Part shown: piece after piece, positions 39,401 through 49,548 of the stretch
Numbering within the stretch: the stretch's first letter is position 1
Layout: the number at the start of each line of letters is the position of its first letter
Assembly: GCA_965208125.1 (NCBI GenBank)
Contig: OZ242320.1
Span: forward strand, 224,001-288,000
Source of the DNA: Candidatus Latescibacterota bacterium
GTDB taxonomy: Bacteria; Latescibacterota; UBA2968
DNA: 64,000 bases
Reading direction: 5' to 3'
The notes under the pieces: generated by a model
Told to the model about the DNA's origin: nothing
The model's database searches: none
Seen by the model: only the letters and a program-made list of their open reading frames with translations
Program-made: the position numbers and the translations under genes

Positions 39401-39435
39401 CAGGGGTTGGTGATCACTGTTCATTGGAGATTAAA

Positions 39436-39789
39436 ATGCCGAGAGTAACCAACAGTCCTGCATCGAGACGCAGGCGAAAAAAAATTCTAAAACAAGCCAA
39501 AGGCTATCGGGGAGGGCGTAGCAAACTGCTTCGCACAGCCAGCAATGCCGTGGATCGCGCATTGCAATACGCCTATCGCGATCGCAGACAAAAGAAAAGA
39601 AACTTTAGAGCATTGTGGATTGCGCGAATCAACGCCGCGGCCAGACAACACGGATTGACCTACAGCCGATTTATGGCGGGTTTAAAGCGCGATGGTATCG
39701 ATATCAACCGCAAAGTATTGGCTAATTTAGCCGTAACCGACGCCAATGCATTTGCCGCATTGGCCGAAAGGGTTAAGCAAAACGCCTGA
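39436..39789 (+). CDS. rplT: 50S ribosomal protein L20
   Basis: [34 protein letters not shown]. Confidence 0.97.
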   Translation: MPRVTNSPASRRRRKKILKQAKGYRGGRSKLLRTASNAVDRALQYAYRDRRQKKRNFRALWIARINAAARQHGLTYSRFMAGLKRDGIDINRKVLANLAVTDANAFAALAERVKQNA

Positions 39790-39804
39790 GTATCTCATTG
39801 ATTC

Positions 39805-39844
39805 CAAAAAGCGAAATCCGGCACAGTGTGGATTTCGCTTTTTG
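39805..39844 (+). terminator. Intrinsic terminator after rplT
   Basis: AAAAAGCGAAATCC...GGATTTCGCTTTTT. Confidence 0.8.
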
Positions 39845-39873
39845 CATGAGGGTCAAATCCTCTTGGGGTGAGC

Positions 39874-39902
39874 TTGACTTTCGGGTAAGATGATGTTAAA
39901 TT
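39874..39902 (+). promoter_or_regulatory. Sigma-70 promoter for the zapB-zapA-rny operon
   Basis: TTGACT-N17-TAAATT with an extended TG. Confidence 0.55.
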
Positions 39903-39945
39903 GCCTTTATATTCAACAGCTTTCGATTTTTTTTAAGGAGCAGAC

Positions 39946-40419
39946 ATGGATATTAACCCCTGGACAGTGAGAAATGCGAAAGAAGAAGAGGAAGCAGAAG
40001 AAGTCGATGGTAACGCCGAGACTGTCGCTGAAGAATTAGAAGAAGTTAAAGATAACGCTGAGACTGTGGAAGACGCCGAAGAAGTAGAGGAAGTTGGAGA
40101 AGAAGTAGATCTAACGGATATTAACGCTGGGGCAGTAGCGGAGGGAGTGGATCGGCTCGTTGAGGCAATCAACAGCGCCGTTGCAACCATCGAAGATTTG
40201 CGTCGTGAAAATGCCGAATTGAAGCAACAGAATCAGGCATTGCAGTCAGATATATCGCGCCTTGAAGAAGAGCAAGTGGCTCTGTGTGGCGAGCGGGACC
40301 GATTGCAAGCCATTTACAACGACAATGTGCTTCTGATAGACAATAAGGCGGAAATCCTGAATAAGGTCGAGGCAATGTTGCAGCGCCTCAATTCCTTAAA
40401 CCCCGAAAAAAATGAGTGA
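39946..40419 (+). CDS. ZapB-like coiled-coil protein with an acidic N-terminal extension
   Basis: Heptad coiled coil IEDLRRENAELKQQN...; position directly before zapA. Confidence 0.6.
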   Translation: MDINPWTVRNAKEEEEAEEVDGNAETVAEELEEVKDNAETVEDAEEVEEVGEEVDLTDINAGAVAEGVDRLVEAINSAVATIEDLRRENAELKQQNQALQSDISRLEEEQVALCGERDRLQAIYNDNVLLIDNKAEILNKVEAMLQRLNSLNPEKNE

Positions 40420-40697
40420 TGTCTGTTTTGTCCGACGTGCGCGTTCAGATATTTGGCTCAGAATATCGCATTGCCAGTGAAACTGATCCAGAACACATTC
40501 GCAAGGTGGCGAGTTATATCGATCAGAAAATGCGAGAAATAGCCAGTGCCCTTGCACTCCGTACCAGATCAAAAGTAGCTGTATTGACGGCTGTGAATTT
40601 GGCTGATGAGCTTTTTAAGATAGAGGAAGAAGGTCGCCGAATAGATCGGATTACACGCGAAAAAGCCGATCAACTCGCAGACTCGGTCAACCTTTAG
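40416..40697 (+). CDS. zapA: Cell division protein ZapA
   Basis: VQIFGSEY..VASYIDQKMREI..AVLTAVNLADEL. Confidence 0.88.
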   Translation: MMSVLSDVRVQIFGSEYRIASETDPEHIRKVASYIDQKMREIASALALRTRSKVAVLTAVNLADELFKIEEEGRRIDRITREKADQLADSVNL

Positions 40698-40815
40698 CTC
40701 ACGATCGGAAGCGAGTAAATCGCACAATGCGAGTGTGAGACAAGCTATCTCACGGGATTGTGAAACCCCGCCGCGTTTGTCCTTAAAGGTGAGCACAAGC
40801 GCAGTGGGGATTTCT
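40698..40815 (+). ncRNA. Structured RNA candidate at the usual 6S RNA (ssrS) position
   Basis: Two long imperfect hairpins between zapA and rny; shorter than a canonical 6S RNA. Confidence 0.3.
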
Positions 40816-40833
40816 TTTACAATGGAGAAAGTC

Positions 40834-42396
40834 ATGGAAATCGTATCTGTGATTGCGCTATCTACCGGGCTGTTGGTGCTGGGATTTGTTGTGGGATGGA
40901 TGATCAGCAGTAAAATTGCTCACAAGAAATTTTATCGCACCGAAGCCTCAATCGAACAAATTTTGGAAGATGCTCGAAGAGATGCAGAAACGGAAAAACG
41001 CACCGCGCTTTTAGAAGCTAAGGATCAGATTTATCACGAACGCGTACAGGCCGAAAAAGCGCTGGAAGACCGCAACAATGAAGTGGCACACAAAGAAGAA
41101 GAATTAGATCGCATGTCGAGCGAGTTGAATCGACGTGCAGATCTGCTCAACCACAAAGCCGGACAAATGGAAGAACTGGAACAAAAATTGGTACAACAGC
41201 AGGACGAACTATCCGTAAAAGAACTGGAATTGGAAGCGATTTTAGAAGCTCAAAATACGCGATTAGAGCGTATTGCGGCCCTGACGCGCCATCAGGCCAA
41301 ACGCGAATTGATGGAAAATTTGGAGGCCGAAGCCCAGCGCGAAGTCGCCTGGCGCTTAAAAGAAATTCGGGAAGACGCACAAGCGCGGGCCAATGATGAA
41401 GCGAGAGAAATTATCGCAAGCGCGGTTCAGAGACTGGCAGTCGATTATACGGTAGAATCAACGGTAACAGTTGTCGAGTTGCCAGCCGATGAAATGAAAG
41501 GTCGAATAATCGGGCGCGAAGGGCGCAATATTCGATCTTTTGAGATGTGTACTGGCGTAGATGTGATTGTTGACGATACCCCCAAAGCCGTGGTGCTGTC
41601 CGGGTTTGATCCCATCCGACGCGCAATTGCCAAGACAGCCTTGGAGGACCTTGTGATGGATGGACGCATTCATCCGGGCCGAATCGAAGAAGTGGTTAAA
41701 AAATCGCGAGAAAATATGCACGAATTGATTCGACAAGCGGGTGAAGAGGCCATCTTTGACATGGGAGTGCCCGGCCTGCACGACCGCCTGATTGAATGTC
41801 TTGGGCGATTAAAATTCCAGACGAGCTATGGACAAAATATGTTAAATCACAGCAAAGAGGTAGCTTTTTTAGCCGGAATGATGGCCACCCATTTGGGGCT
41901 GGATGCACAACTTGCCAAACGCGCTGGCCTACTGCACGATATCGGCCAGGGAATTAGCCACGAATTTGAAGGCACGCCCGGCCAAAATGGCGCTGATATG
42001 GCAAAAAAATACGGTGAAGATGACGAGGTAATCAACGCGATTGAAGCCCACCACGGCGAGGCGGACCCGATCTCGCCAATTGCAGTGCTGGTCGATGCCG
42101 CAGATACCATTTCGAGAGTTCGTCCGGGCGCGAGGCGCGAAGTGCTGGAAAACTATGTGCGCCGATTGGAACATCTGGAGCAAACCGCTCGAGAAATAGA
42201 GGGAGTAGATGCGGTTTACGCTATTCAAGCTGGTCAGGAGATTCGGGTAGTCGCCAACTATGGATTAGTCAGCGATGAAGACACCGAGCGACTATCTGCA
42301 CAAATTGCCGAACGGCTGGAAAAAACGATGACGTATCCGGGGCATATAAAAGTGACCGTGATTCGCGAGGTGCGCGCCGTTAATTTTGCGCGATAA
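40834..42396 (+). CDS. rny: Ribonuclease Y
   Basis: N-terminal TM helix, coiled coil, KH (KGRIIGREGRNIR), HD (LLHDIG). Confidence 0.95.
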   Translation: MEIVSVIALSTGLLVLGFVVGWMISSKIAHKKFYRTEASIEQILEDARRDAETEKRTALLEAKDQIYHERVQAEKALEDRNNEVAHKEEELDRMSSELNRRADLLNHKAGQMEELEQKLVQQQDELSVKELELEAILEAQNTRLERIAALTRHQAKRELMENLEAEAQREVAWRLKEIREDAQARANDEAREIIASAVQRLAVDYTVESTVTVVELPADEMKGRIIGREGRNIRSFEMCTGVDVIVDDTPKAVVLSGFDPIRRAIAKTALEDLVMDGRIHPGRIEEVVKKSRENMHELIRQAGEEAIFDMGVPGLHDRLIECLGRLKFQTSYGQNMLNHSKEVAFLAGMMATHLGLDAQLAKRAGLLHDIGQGISHEFEGTPGQNGADMAKKYGEDDEVINAIEAHHGEADPISPIAVLVDAADTISRVRPGARREVLENYVRRLEHLEQTAREIEGVDAVYAIQAGQEIRVVANYGLVSDEDTERLSAQIAERLEKTMTYPGHIKVTVIREVRAVNFAR

Positions 42397-42405
42397 AAAT
42401 AGCGA

Positions 42406-43197
42406 ATGAAAATTTTATTTGTAGGCGATGTTTATGGCAAGCCCGGGCGACGGGCCGCCGCACATTTGATTCCTCAACTGATCGCACAGCACGCCATTGA
42501 TTTTTGCGTTGTCAATGGCGAAAATTCTGCTGGCGGTTTTGGTATTACCGCAAAAATCGGACAAAAATTTCACGCTTACGGTGCCGATGTAATTACCATG
42601 GGCGATCACGTCTGGGATCAAAAAGATTCGGTTGACTATATTCAAACAGGCGACCGGATTTTACGTGCAGCCAATTTTCCCAAAGAAGTTGGAGGTATTG
42701 GTGCAGCGGTTTTTTCAGCGCGCAATGGAGCATCGGTTGCAGTGCTCAGTCTGCTTGGGCGAACATATATGAAAATGGCACTGGACTGTCCCTTTAGAAC
42801 GGGGCAATGCGCCGTGGAGCAACTGCAAAAGAAAACGCCCATTATTCTCATCGACTTCCACGCCGAAGCGACCTCAGAAAAAATTGCTTTGGGACACTAT
42901 ATGGACGGCAAAGTCAGCGCAGTTTTGGGCACGCATACCCATGTTCAAACAGCCGATAATGAAATTTTGCCCGGCGGAACCGCGTATATGACAGATGTCG
43001 GCATGACAGGGCCTCACGATTCGGTTATTGGCGCGAAAAAAGACCCTGCGATTCACCGATTTATAAACCAGATGCCCGTGCGCTTTGAGCCAGCCACAGG
43101 CGACATAAAACTCTGCGGTGCGCTCATCGATGTAGATGAACGGTCTGGACGCGCACGACACATCGAGCGGTTGTGTCTCAATTTAGAGGAGGGATAA
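42406..43197 (+). CDS. ymdB: YmdB-like metallophosphoesterase
   Basis: GDVYG, NGENSAGG, DFHAEATSEK, GTHTHVQT, TDVGMTG. Confidence 0.92.
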   Translation: MKILFVGDVYGKPGRRAAAHLIPQLIAQHAIDFCVVNGENSAGGFGITAKIGQKFHAYGADVITMGDHVWDQKDSVDYIQTGDRILRAANFPKEVGGIGAAVFSARNGASVAVLSLLGRTYMKMALDCPFRTGQCAVEQLQKKTPIILIDFHAEATSEKIALGHYMDGKVSAVLGTHTHVQTADNEILPGGTAYMTDVGMTGPHDSVIGAKKDPAIHRFINQMPVRFEPATGDIKLCGALIDVDERSGRARHIERLCLNLEEG

Positions 43198-43198
43198 G

Positions 43199-44389
43199 GT
43201 GGAACATCCGCTTTCCGTATCGGACGTCACGCAGGCGGTCAAGCATACCCTTGAAATGCAATTTCCGCCCATGTGGGTCGTCGGTGAGTTAACCTCCTTT
43301 TCCCAGCCTGCATCCGGACACCGGTATTTCACGCTCTCAGACCCGCACAGCCAATTGCGATGTGTGATGTGGCGCTCGCGTCCCATAACCGGATTTCGTC
43401 CCACAGCGGGAATGGCTGTGTTAGCCCAGGGGCAGTTGACGGTATATGAACGGCGGGGCGAATATCAGTTTAACGTGTCACAACTATTTCCCGCAGGGGT
43501 GGGACAACAGCTAATCGCCTATGAAAAACTGAAAAAAAAATTATCAGAAGAGGGCCTTTTTGATGAAGATCGAAAACGACCTCTGCCCAAATACCCGGAG
43601 GCCATTGGGGTTGTAACTTCGCAGACGGGCGCAGCTTTTCAAGATATTTTGGATGTGTTAAAACGGCGATTTCCCGCTGTTCGCATTGTTTTGCGTCCCG
43701 TGCTGGTACAGGGATTGGACGCGCCAGAAGATATTGCACAAGGCATTGCCGATTTCAATGACTTTGGCAAAGTAGATGTACTGATTGTTGGACGCGGCGG
43801 CGGCTCGGCTGAGGATTTGGCTGCATTTAACGACGAGGAAGTCGTGCGGGCAATTGCGGATTCTGAGATTCCAGTTATTTCAGCCGTAGGACACGAGATC
43901 GACATCTCCCTATCTGATCTGACCGCTGACGTACGCGCACCAACCCCTTCTGCTGCCGCAGAAATTGCCGTACGCGATGTTTTAGAAGTGCGGGAACAAG
44001 TCGGGCGGCTCACACTTCGCACACGGGAGGCCATGCAGCGGTTGTTAGACAATAGTGAAGACCTGCTCAAAGCGCACGAAGGCAGTTATGGCATGCGGCG
44101 ATTGTCCGACTTGATATTTCAGAACGCGCAACACGTCGATGAATTACACCGCGATTTATACGCGCTCATGCGGCGGCTATTTGAAAGTCGATTAGCCGAC
44201 TATCACCGTATGACCAGCAAATTGGGATCGCTCAGTCCTCTATCAGTGCTCGAGCGGGGATTTGGCCTCGTACAACGCAAAGACGGTTCGGTCGTATCTG
44301 ATGCAGGGATTTTGACACCCCGTGAACATCTACACATTCGGTTTGCAAAAGGCGAGGCAACCTGTAGGGTAGAAAAAATAAAAAGGTAA
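43199..44389 (+). CDS. xseA: Exodeoxyribonuclease VII large subunit
   Basis: SGHRYFTL, RGGGSAEDL, SAVGHEID, APTPSAAAE. Confidence 0.95.
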   Translation: MEHPLSVSDVTQAVKHTLEMQFPPMWVVGELTSFSQPASGHRYFTLSDPHSQLRCVMWRSRPITGFRPTAGMAVLAQGQLTVYERRGEYQFNVSQLFPAGVGQQLIAYEKLKKKLSEEGLFDEDRKRPLPKYPEAIGVVTSQTGAAFQDILDVLKRRFPAVRIVLRPVLVQGLDAPEDIAQGIADFNDFGKVDVLIVGRGGGSAEDLAAFNDEEVVRAIADSEIPVISAVGHEIDISLSDLTADVRAPTPSAAAEIAVRDVLEVREQVGRLTLRTREAMQRLLDNSEDLLKAHEGSYGMRRLSDLIFQNAQHVDELHRDLYALMRRLFESRLADYHRMTSKLGSLSPLSVLERGFGLVQRKDGSVVSDAGILTPREHLHIRFAKGEATCRVEKIKR

Positions 44390-44395
44390 AATCCA

Positions 44396-44656
44396 ATGCC
44401 AAAAAATAAAACAGAAGAACCCACATTTGAAACAGCTTTGAAGCAATTGGAGACGGCTGTGGATCGTTTGGAAGAAGGTGCACTGCCCTTGTCAGAGGCA
44501 CTAAAAGTGTTTGAAGAAGGTCTAAAAGCATCCAATCAATGCCGCAGTTTATTAGAAGATGCGCGGCAACAGGTTGAAGTGCTGGTACGCGATAGCGATG
44601 GTGAATTTGAACTGGTATCTATAGATTCCAACGGCGAAGGGTTTGCAGACGAATGA
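44396..44656 (+). CDS. xseB: Exodeoxyribonuclease VII small subunit
   Basis: FETALKQLE..LEEG.LPL..AL..FEEG. Confidence 0.92.
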   Translation: MPKNKTEEPTFETALKQLETAVDRLEEGALPLSEALKVFEEGLKASNQCRSLLEDARQQVEVLVRDSDGEFELVSIDSNGEGFADE

Positions 44657-45513
44657 AGTCCATCGGTTTGTTTTCGAACCCGACCCAACCGGGCATGGGC
44701 GTTGCAGTCGATCAATTGGCCCAACGCATCCATCAAAGAGGCATTGGGGTACTGATCGCCGATAACTTGCGGCAAATTTGCACATCTGATTCCAAATGGT
44801 TTTGTCCGGTCGATCAGTTGCCCACACGCGCAGACATCATTGTAGCGATGGGCGGCGATGGCACCTTGTTGCGCGCAGCCGATGTGGTCTATCCGCACAG
44901 CACGCCGATTTTGGGCGTGAACCTGGGGCGGTTGGGGTTTTTGTCGGGCGCGGAGCCCCGCGAATTGGACGATGGGCTGGATCGGTTATTATGTGGCGAT
45001 TACACCGTTGAAGAGCGCATTGCTCTGCACGCCAAAACCCACACGCAAAAAGCGTTTGCGCTCAATGAGGTCGTAATTGAACGCAGTGTCAAAGCGCGTC
45101 TGGTACAGGTTGTAATGCTGGTTGAAGGTCGGTCCGTAAGTTCCTTTCACGGCAATGGATTAATTCTGGCAACGCCGACGGGCTCCACGGGTTACAGCCT
45201 GTCTTCGGGCGGCCCAATTGTTCATCCAAATTTATCCGTGCTCGTCGCCACGCCTATATGCCCGCATTCACTATCTTTGCGCCCAATGGTAATGCCGGGC
45301 GACCAGTCGGTAACGGTTAAAGTAATAGCTGATCAGTCTGATGAAATCATGTTATCCACAGATGGACGCACGGTATGTTCGCTTTCGGCTGAAGAACCCG
45401 TTACAGTACAACGGGCCTCCGAACCCGTGCGCTTTATCAATATTCAGGGATTGACTTTTTACGATCTGTTGCAGCGCAAATTAGACTGGAGTCTGGATCG
45501 GCGAGACGAGTAA
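44653..45513 (+). CDS. nadK: NAD kinase
   Basis: GGDGTLL, GRLGFL, LNE, TPTGSTGYSLS.GGP. Confidence 0.93.
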   Translation: MKSIGLFSNPTQPGMGVAVDQLAQRIHQRGIGVLIADNLRQICTSDSKWFCPVDQLPTRADIIVAMGGDGTLLRAADVVYPHSTPILGVNLGRLGFLSGAEPRELDDGLDRLLCGDYTVEERIALHAKTHTQKAFALNEVVIERSVKARLVQVVMLVEGRSVSSFHGNGLILATPTGSTGYSLSSGGPIVHPNLSVLVATPICPHSLSLRPMVMPGDQSVTVKVIADQSDEIMLSTDGRTVCSLSAEEPVTVQRASEPVRFINIQGLTFYDLLQRKLDWSLDRRDE

Positions 45514-45525
45514 AGGAGTTGCGCC

Positions 45526-47229
45526 TTGTTGTCTCAATTGCATGTGATAAATTACGCCCTGATCGACGACATGGAAGTCGAGTTTGGTAAAGGGTTAAAT
45601 ATCATTACGGGTGAAACTGGCGCGGGTAAGTCCATCCTGGTCGGGGCATTGGGCCTAATACTGGGTATGCGAGCGAGCCCTGATGTGATCCGCACAGGCG
45701 AAAAAAAATGTACGGTAGAAGCCATTTTTGAACTCTATCTTCAACACCCGGCGCTCAAACTCCTGAATGACATGGGCATTGAGACAGAAGATGGTGAGCT
45801 GATTTTGCGGCGAGATGTACTATTAGAAGGGCGCAGTCGGTGCTACGCCAATGGCCTGTCCATCCCCGTGCGTACACTGAGAGAACTGGGCCGCGAGCTG
45901 GTCGATTTGCACGGTCAACACGACCATCAATCGCTTCTGAACACCGATCAGCATCTGGACTTTTTGGACGGCTTTGGCGGCTTGCACGCAGCACGCGCAC
46001 AGGTCGAAAAATCATATCATCAAGTGGTACAATTACAAAATCGGCTGATTGAAAAAACCGCCGTTGCCCAGCGCCAGCGAGAAAGGCGCGAACTGTTGGA
46101 CTTTCAGATCAAAGAAATTCAGGCGGCAAAACCAGATCCCGGCGAAGACGAACGCCTACAACGCGAACAGTCCGTGCTTTTGCATGCGGAACGACTACTC
46201 GAGATCGCCTATCAGATCGAACAGGTGCTTTATGAAGGTGAACAATCCGTGGCCGATCAACTCGGCGAAGGCGCGCACCTCCTGAATGAAGCCGCACAAA
46301 TGGACAGCAGTTTGGAGCCGATAGCCGAAGAACTCAATGGTCTGAGGTACGGTGCAGAGGAACTGGCCCGCGCCTTTGGCGATTATGCCAATCGCGTAGA
46401 ACACAATCCCCAACGCCTATCAGAAGTAACAGAGCGATTAGAAACGCTGAACGCGCTGAAAAAAAAATACGGCGGCGATCTGGAAAGTGTGCTATCCTAT
46501 GAAAAGAAAGCCCACAAAGAATTGGAATTGACCGACGAACTCGAAGCATCTATAAAAAAAATTCAGATTAAAATTGACGATGCAATACAGACATTCACAC
46601 ATTGTTGTGAGAAATTGTCAAAAGGAAGACACAAAGCCGCTGGCAAATTGTCAAAAGCGATATGCCGCGCATTGCGCGAACTGGGCATGCCCGATGTGCA
46701 ATTTGACGTCCAATTGGATCGGCGGCCAGATCCCGAAGGCCTGATTGAATGCGATGGTCAGCGATTTGAAGCGGGACCACAAGGCATAGAGCGCGGCGAA
46801 TTTTTTATTTCGACCAACCCGGGCGAAGCCATCCGCCCGCTGGTAAAAGTAGCGTCCGGCGGTGAAATCTCGCGTATTATGCTGGCGATGAAAACCGTGC
46901 TGGCGCATACCGATTCAGTACAGGTGTTAATCTTTGACGAAATCGACATCGGAATTTCTGGACGCATTGCAGAGGTTGTAGGCAGGAAATTGCGCGACCT
47001 GTCAGAAACGTATCAAACCATTTCAATTACTCATTTGCCACAAATTGCAAAAATGGCTGATCGGCATTTTTCAGTCAGAAAAGAAGTGGTTGATCAGCGT
47101 GCAGTAACTCGCGTAATTCCGCTAAATGAAGAGACACGCGCTGGCGAACTCGCATTGATGATGGGCGGCGAAGAGATTTCAGAACTGACCATGCAACACG
47201 CCCGCGAGATGCTGGCTGAAAAGCCGTAG
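45526..47229 (+). CDS. recN: DNA repair protein RecN
   Basis: TGETGAGKS, HGQHD, ASGGEISR, FDEID, ITHLPQ. Confidence 0.96.
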   Translation: MLSQLHVINYALIDDMEVEFGKGLNIITGETGAGKSILVGALGLILGMRASPDVIRTGEKKCTVEAIFELYLQHPALKLLNDMGIETEDGELILRRDVLLEGRSRCYANGLSIPVRTLRELGRELVDLHGQHDHQSLLNTDQHLDFLDGFGGLHAARAQVEKSYHQVVQLQNRLIEKTAVAQRQRERRELLDFQIKEIQAAKPDPGEDERLQREQSVLLHAERLLEIAYQIEQVLYEGEQSVADQLGEGAHLLNEAAQMDSSLEPIAEELNGLRYGAEELARAFGDYANRVEHNPQRLSEVTERLETLNALKKKYGGDLESVLSYEKKAHKELELTDELEASIKKIQIKIDDAIQTFTHCCEKLSKGRHKAAGKLSKAICRALRELGMPDVQFDVQLDRRPDPEGLIECDGQRFEAGPQGIERGEFFISTNPGEAIRPLVKVASGGEISRIMLAMKTVLAHTDSVQVLIFDEIDIGISGRIAEVVGRKLRDLSETYQTISITHLPQIAKMADRHFSVRKEVVDQRAVTRVIPLNEETRAGELALMMGGEEISELTMQHAREMLAEKP

Positions 47230-47249
47230 AACAATATAAGGAGCATAGT

Positions 47250-48398
47250 GTGAGACCGATAATTCCCGACAATCTCCGAGACATCGAGGAAAAAGTAAAC
47301 CTGGGGCAACGACTCTCTGCCGAAGACGGCATGCGGCTTTACGAGACTTCCGACCTCAATGCCGTGGGATATTTGGCCAATATCTCGCGCGAACGCATGT
47401 GTGGCAATGTCGCGTGGTACGTCCGAAATCAGCACATCAACTATACCAACGTCTGCAACAAACTGTGCCGATTTTGCTCCTTTTATGTAAAGCCAAAAGA
47501 CGAGCGAGGTTATGTATTATCTCCCGAAGATATACAAAAGCGCGTATTGGAATACATCGACCTGCCCATTTCTGAAATTCACATGGTCGCGGGCATCAAT
47601 CCCAAACTGCCCTATTCGTACTATCTCGACATCGTGCGCGCGGTTAAAGACGTACGTCCCGATGTCGCGGTAAAAGCATTTACCGCAATTGAATGGGTGC
47701 AGATTGCGCGTATTGCAAAAAAGCCATTGAAAGATGTCATGCTCGAATTAAAAGCAGCCGGCGTATCGTCCATTCCCGGCGGGGGTGCAGAAGTATTTAG
47801 CGATCGCGTACAGGAAGATTTATTCTGGACCAAAGCGGATTCCGAAGAATGGCTCGAAGTGGCGCGCACAGCGCATGAAGTTGGCCTACCTACCAATGCG
47901 ACAATGCTGTATGGGCATATTGAAAACCCAAAAGAACGCATCGATCATCTCGTGCGATTGCGCGAATTGCAGGACGAGACCGGTGGTTTTTTGACGTATA
48001 TCCCCCTGTCATTTCATCCCGAACGCACAGAATTAGAGCATCTGCCTGGACCGACAGGCATCGCGGATTTAAGAGAAATTGCCGTGGGGCGATTGATGCT
48101 GGACAATTTCTTCCACATCAAAACGTTCTGGATTATGAATACCATTGAAATCTCACAGGTAGCTTTGTGGTACGGTGCAGACGATATCGACGGCACGATT
48201 CAGGAATACGAAATTACGCGCCGTTCATATTCAGAGACGCGACAGGTGCTCACGCGCAAGCAACTGGTCGAGCGCGTTATAGAGTCCGGACGCGATCCTG
48301 TCGAGCGGGACAACCTGTACAATATCTTATCAACCGAGCGAGAAATTTTAGAAGAAACACCTATAGGAATTCCAGGTGAAATACCCGTAATTTCGTGA
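47250..48398 (+). CDS. mqnE: Aminofutalosine synthase (radical SAM)
   Basis: NYTNVCNKLCRFCSF, KAFTA, PGGGAE, TNATMLYGH; mqn gene context. Confidence 0.82.
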   Translation: MRPIIPDNLRDIEEKVNLGQRLSAEDGMRLYETSDLNAVGYLANISRERMCGNVAWYVRNQHINYTNVCNKLCRFCSFYVKPKDERGYVLSPEDIQKRVLEYIDLPISEIHMVAGINPKLPYSYYLDIVRAVKDVRPDVAVKAFTAIEWVQIARIAKKPLKDVMLELKAAGVSSIPGGGAEVFSDRVQEDLFWTKADSEEWLEVARTAHEVGLPTNATMLYGHIENPKERIDHLVRLRELQDETGGFLTYIPLSFHPERTELEHLPGPTGIADLREIAVGRLMLDNFFHIKTFWIMNTIEISQVALWYGADDIDGTIQEYEITRRSYSETRQVLTRKQLVERVIESGRDPVERDNLYNILSTEREILEETPIGIPGEIPVIS

Positions 48399-48423
48399 AC
48401 TTCTCCTCTCTCCCAGGATTCGA

Positions 48424-49536
48424 ATGGAAAACGACATGATCGACGACATTATTGAAAAAGTATATAACGACGAGCGCATATCCACAGATGACGCCATGCG
48501 CCTGTTTGCACATCCCAATGTAACCGAATTGGGCTTATTGGCCGATGTGGTGCGGCGGCGCAAATGGCCCAAAGACACGGTAACTTATAATATCGGGCGA
48601 AATATCAATTACACGAATGTATGCTGGGTAAGGTGTGATTTTTGTGCATTTTATCGCCCGCCGGGATCCGACGAAGGCTATACATTGCCCAGAGAACAGA
48701 TCTTCGAAAAAATTGACGAACTCATTGCCGTGGGTGGCGACGTGCCAAAAGGCAGCGAAATTTTGATGCAAGGGGGCCTGAACCCAAAACTGCGCGTAGA
48801 TTATTACGAAGACCTCTTTTCCTCAATACGCAATCGCTACCCACAAATCCATCAGCACTGTTTGTCAGCCACAGAAATTATTTATATCGCGCATATCTCG
48901 CGTATGTCACTCGAAAATTGCATTAGCCGATTGCGCGATGCCGGACTGGATTCCATCCCGGGTGCTGGCGCGGAAATTTTGTCGGACGAGGTGCGCGACA
49001 TCATCGGCTTTCGCAAAGACCGCGTCCACGAATGGCTTGCGGTGCATCGCATTGCACACGAATTGGACATGCACACATCGGCGACCATGATGTATGGACA
49101 TGTCGAAACCATTGCACAGCGAATAGAACATCTGGAACACATTCGCAATTTGCAGGACGAGACGGACGGATTCACCGCATTTATCGCGTGGAATTTTCAG
49201 CCCGATTACACCGCCCTTGCTAACGACCAGGGGCGATGGAATGGCATAAAAGCCACCGGATTTGACTATTTGCGAACCATCGCCATTGCGCGCCTGTTTT
49301 TGGACAACATCAAAAGTTTTCAAGCATCGTGGGTAACGCAGGGAGCCAAAGTCGCACAGGTCAGCTTAAAATACGGCGTGAACGACTTTGGCAGCACAAT
49401 GATGGAAGAAAACGTAGTCAGTGCAGCGGGCACGAGCCATACGGATACCATGACACTTCAAGAGATGCAACGGCTCATTCGGGATGCGGGATACGAGCCT
49501 GTAAGGCGAAATACGCGGTACGAGATTTTGAATTAG
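48424..49536 (+). CDS. mqnC: Cyclic dehypoxanthine futalosine synthase (radical SAM)
   Basis: RNINYTNVC..CDFCAF, LMQGG, QASWVTQG, NDFGSTMMEENVV. Confidence 0.88.
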   Translation: MENDMIDDIIEKVYNDERISTDDAMRLFAHPNVTELGLLADVVRRRKWPKDTVTYNIGRNINYTNVCWVRCDFCAFYRPPGSDEGYTLPREQIFEKIDELIAVGGDVPKGSEILMQGGLNPKLRVDYYEDLFSSIRNRYPQIHQHCLSATEIIYIAHISRMSLENCISRLRDAGLDSIPGAGAEILSDEVRDIIGFRKDRVHEWLAVHRIAHELDMHTSATMMYGHVETIAQRIEHLEHIRNLQDETDGFTAFIAWNFQPDYTALANDQGRWNGIKATGFDYLRTIAIARLFLDNIKSFQASWVTQGAKVAQVSLKYGVNDFGSTMMEENVVSAAGTSHTDTMTLQEMQRLIRDAGYEPVRRNTRYEILN

Positions 49537-49548
49537 GGGTACGTAGCA

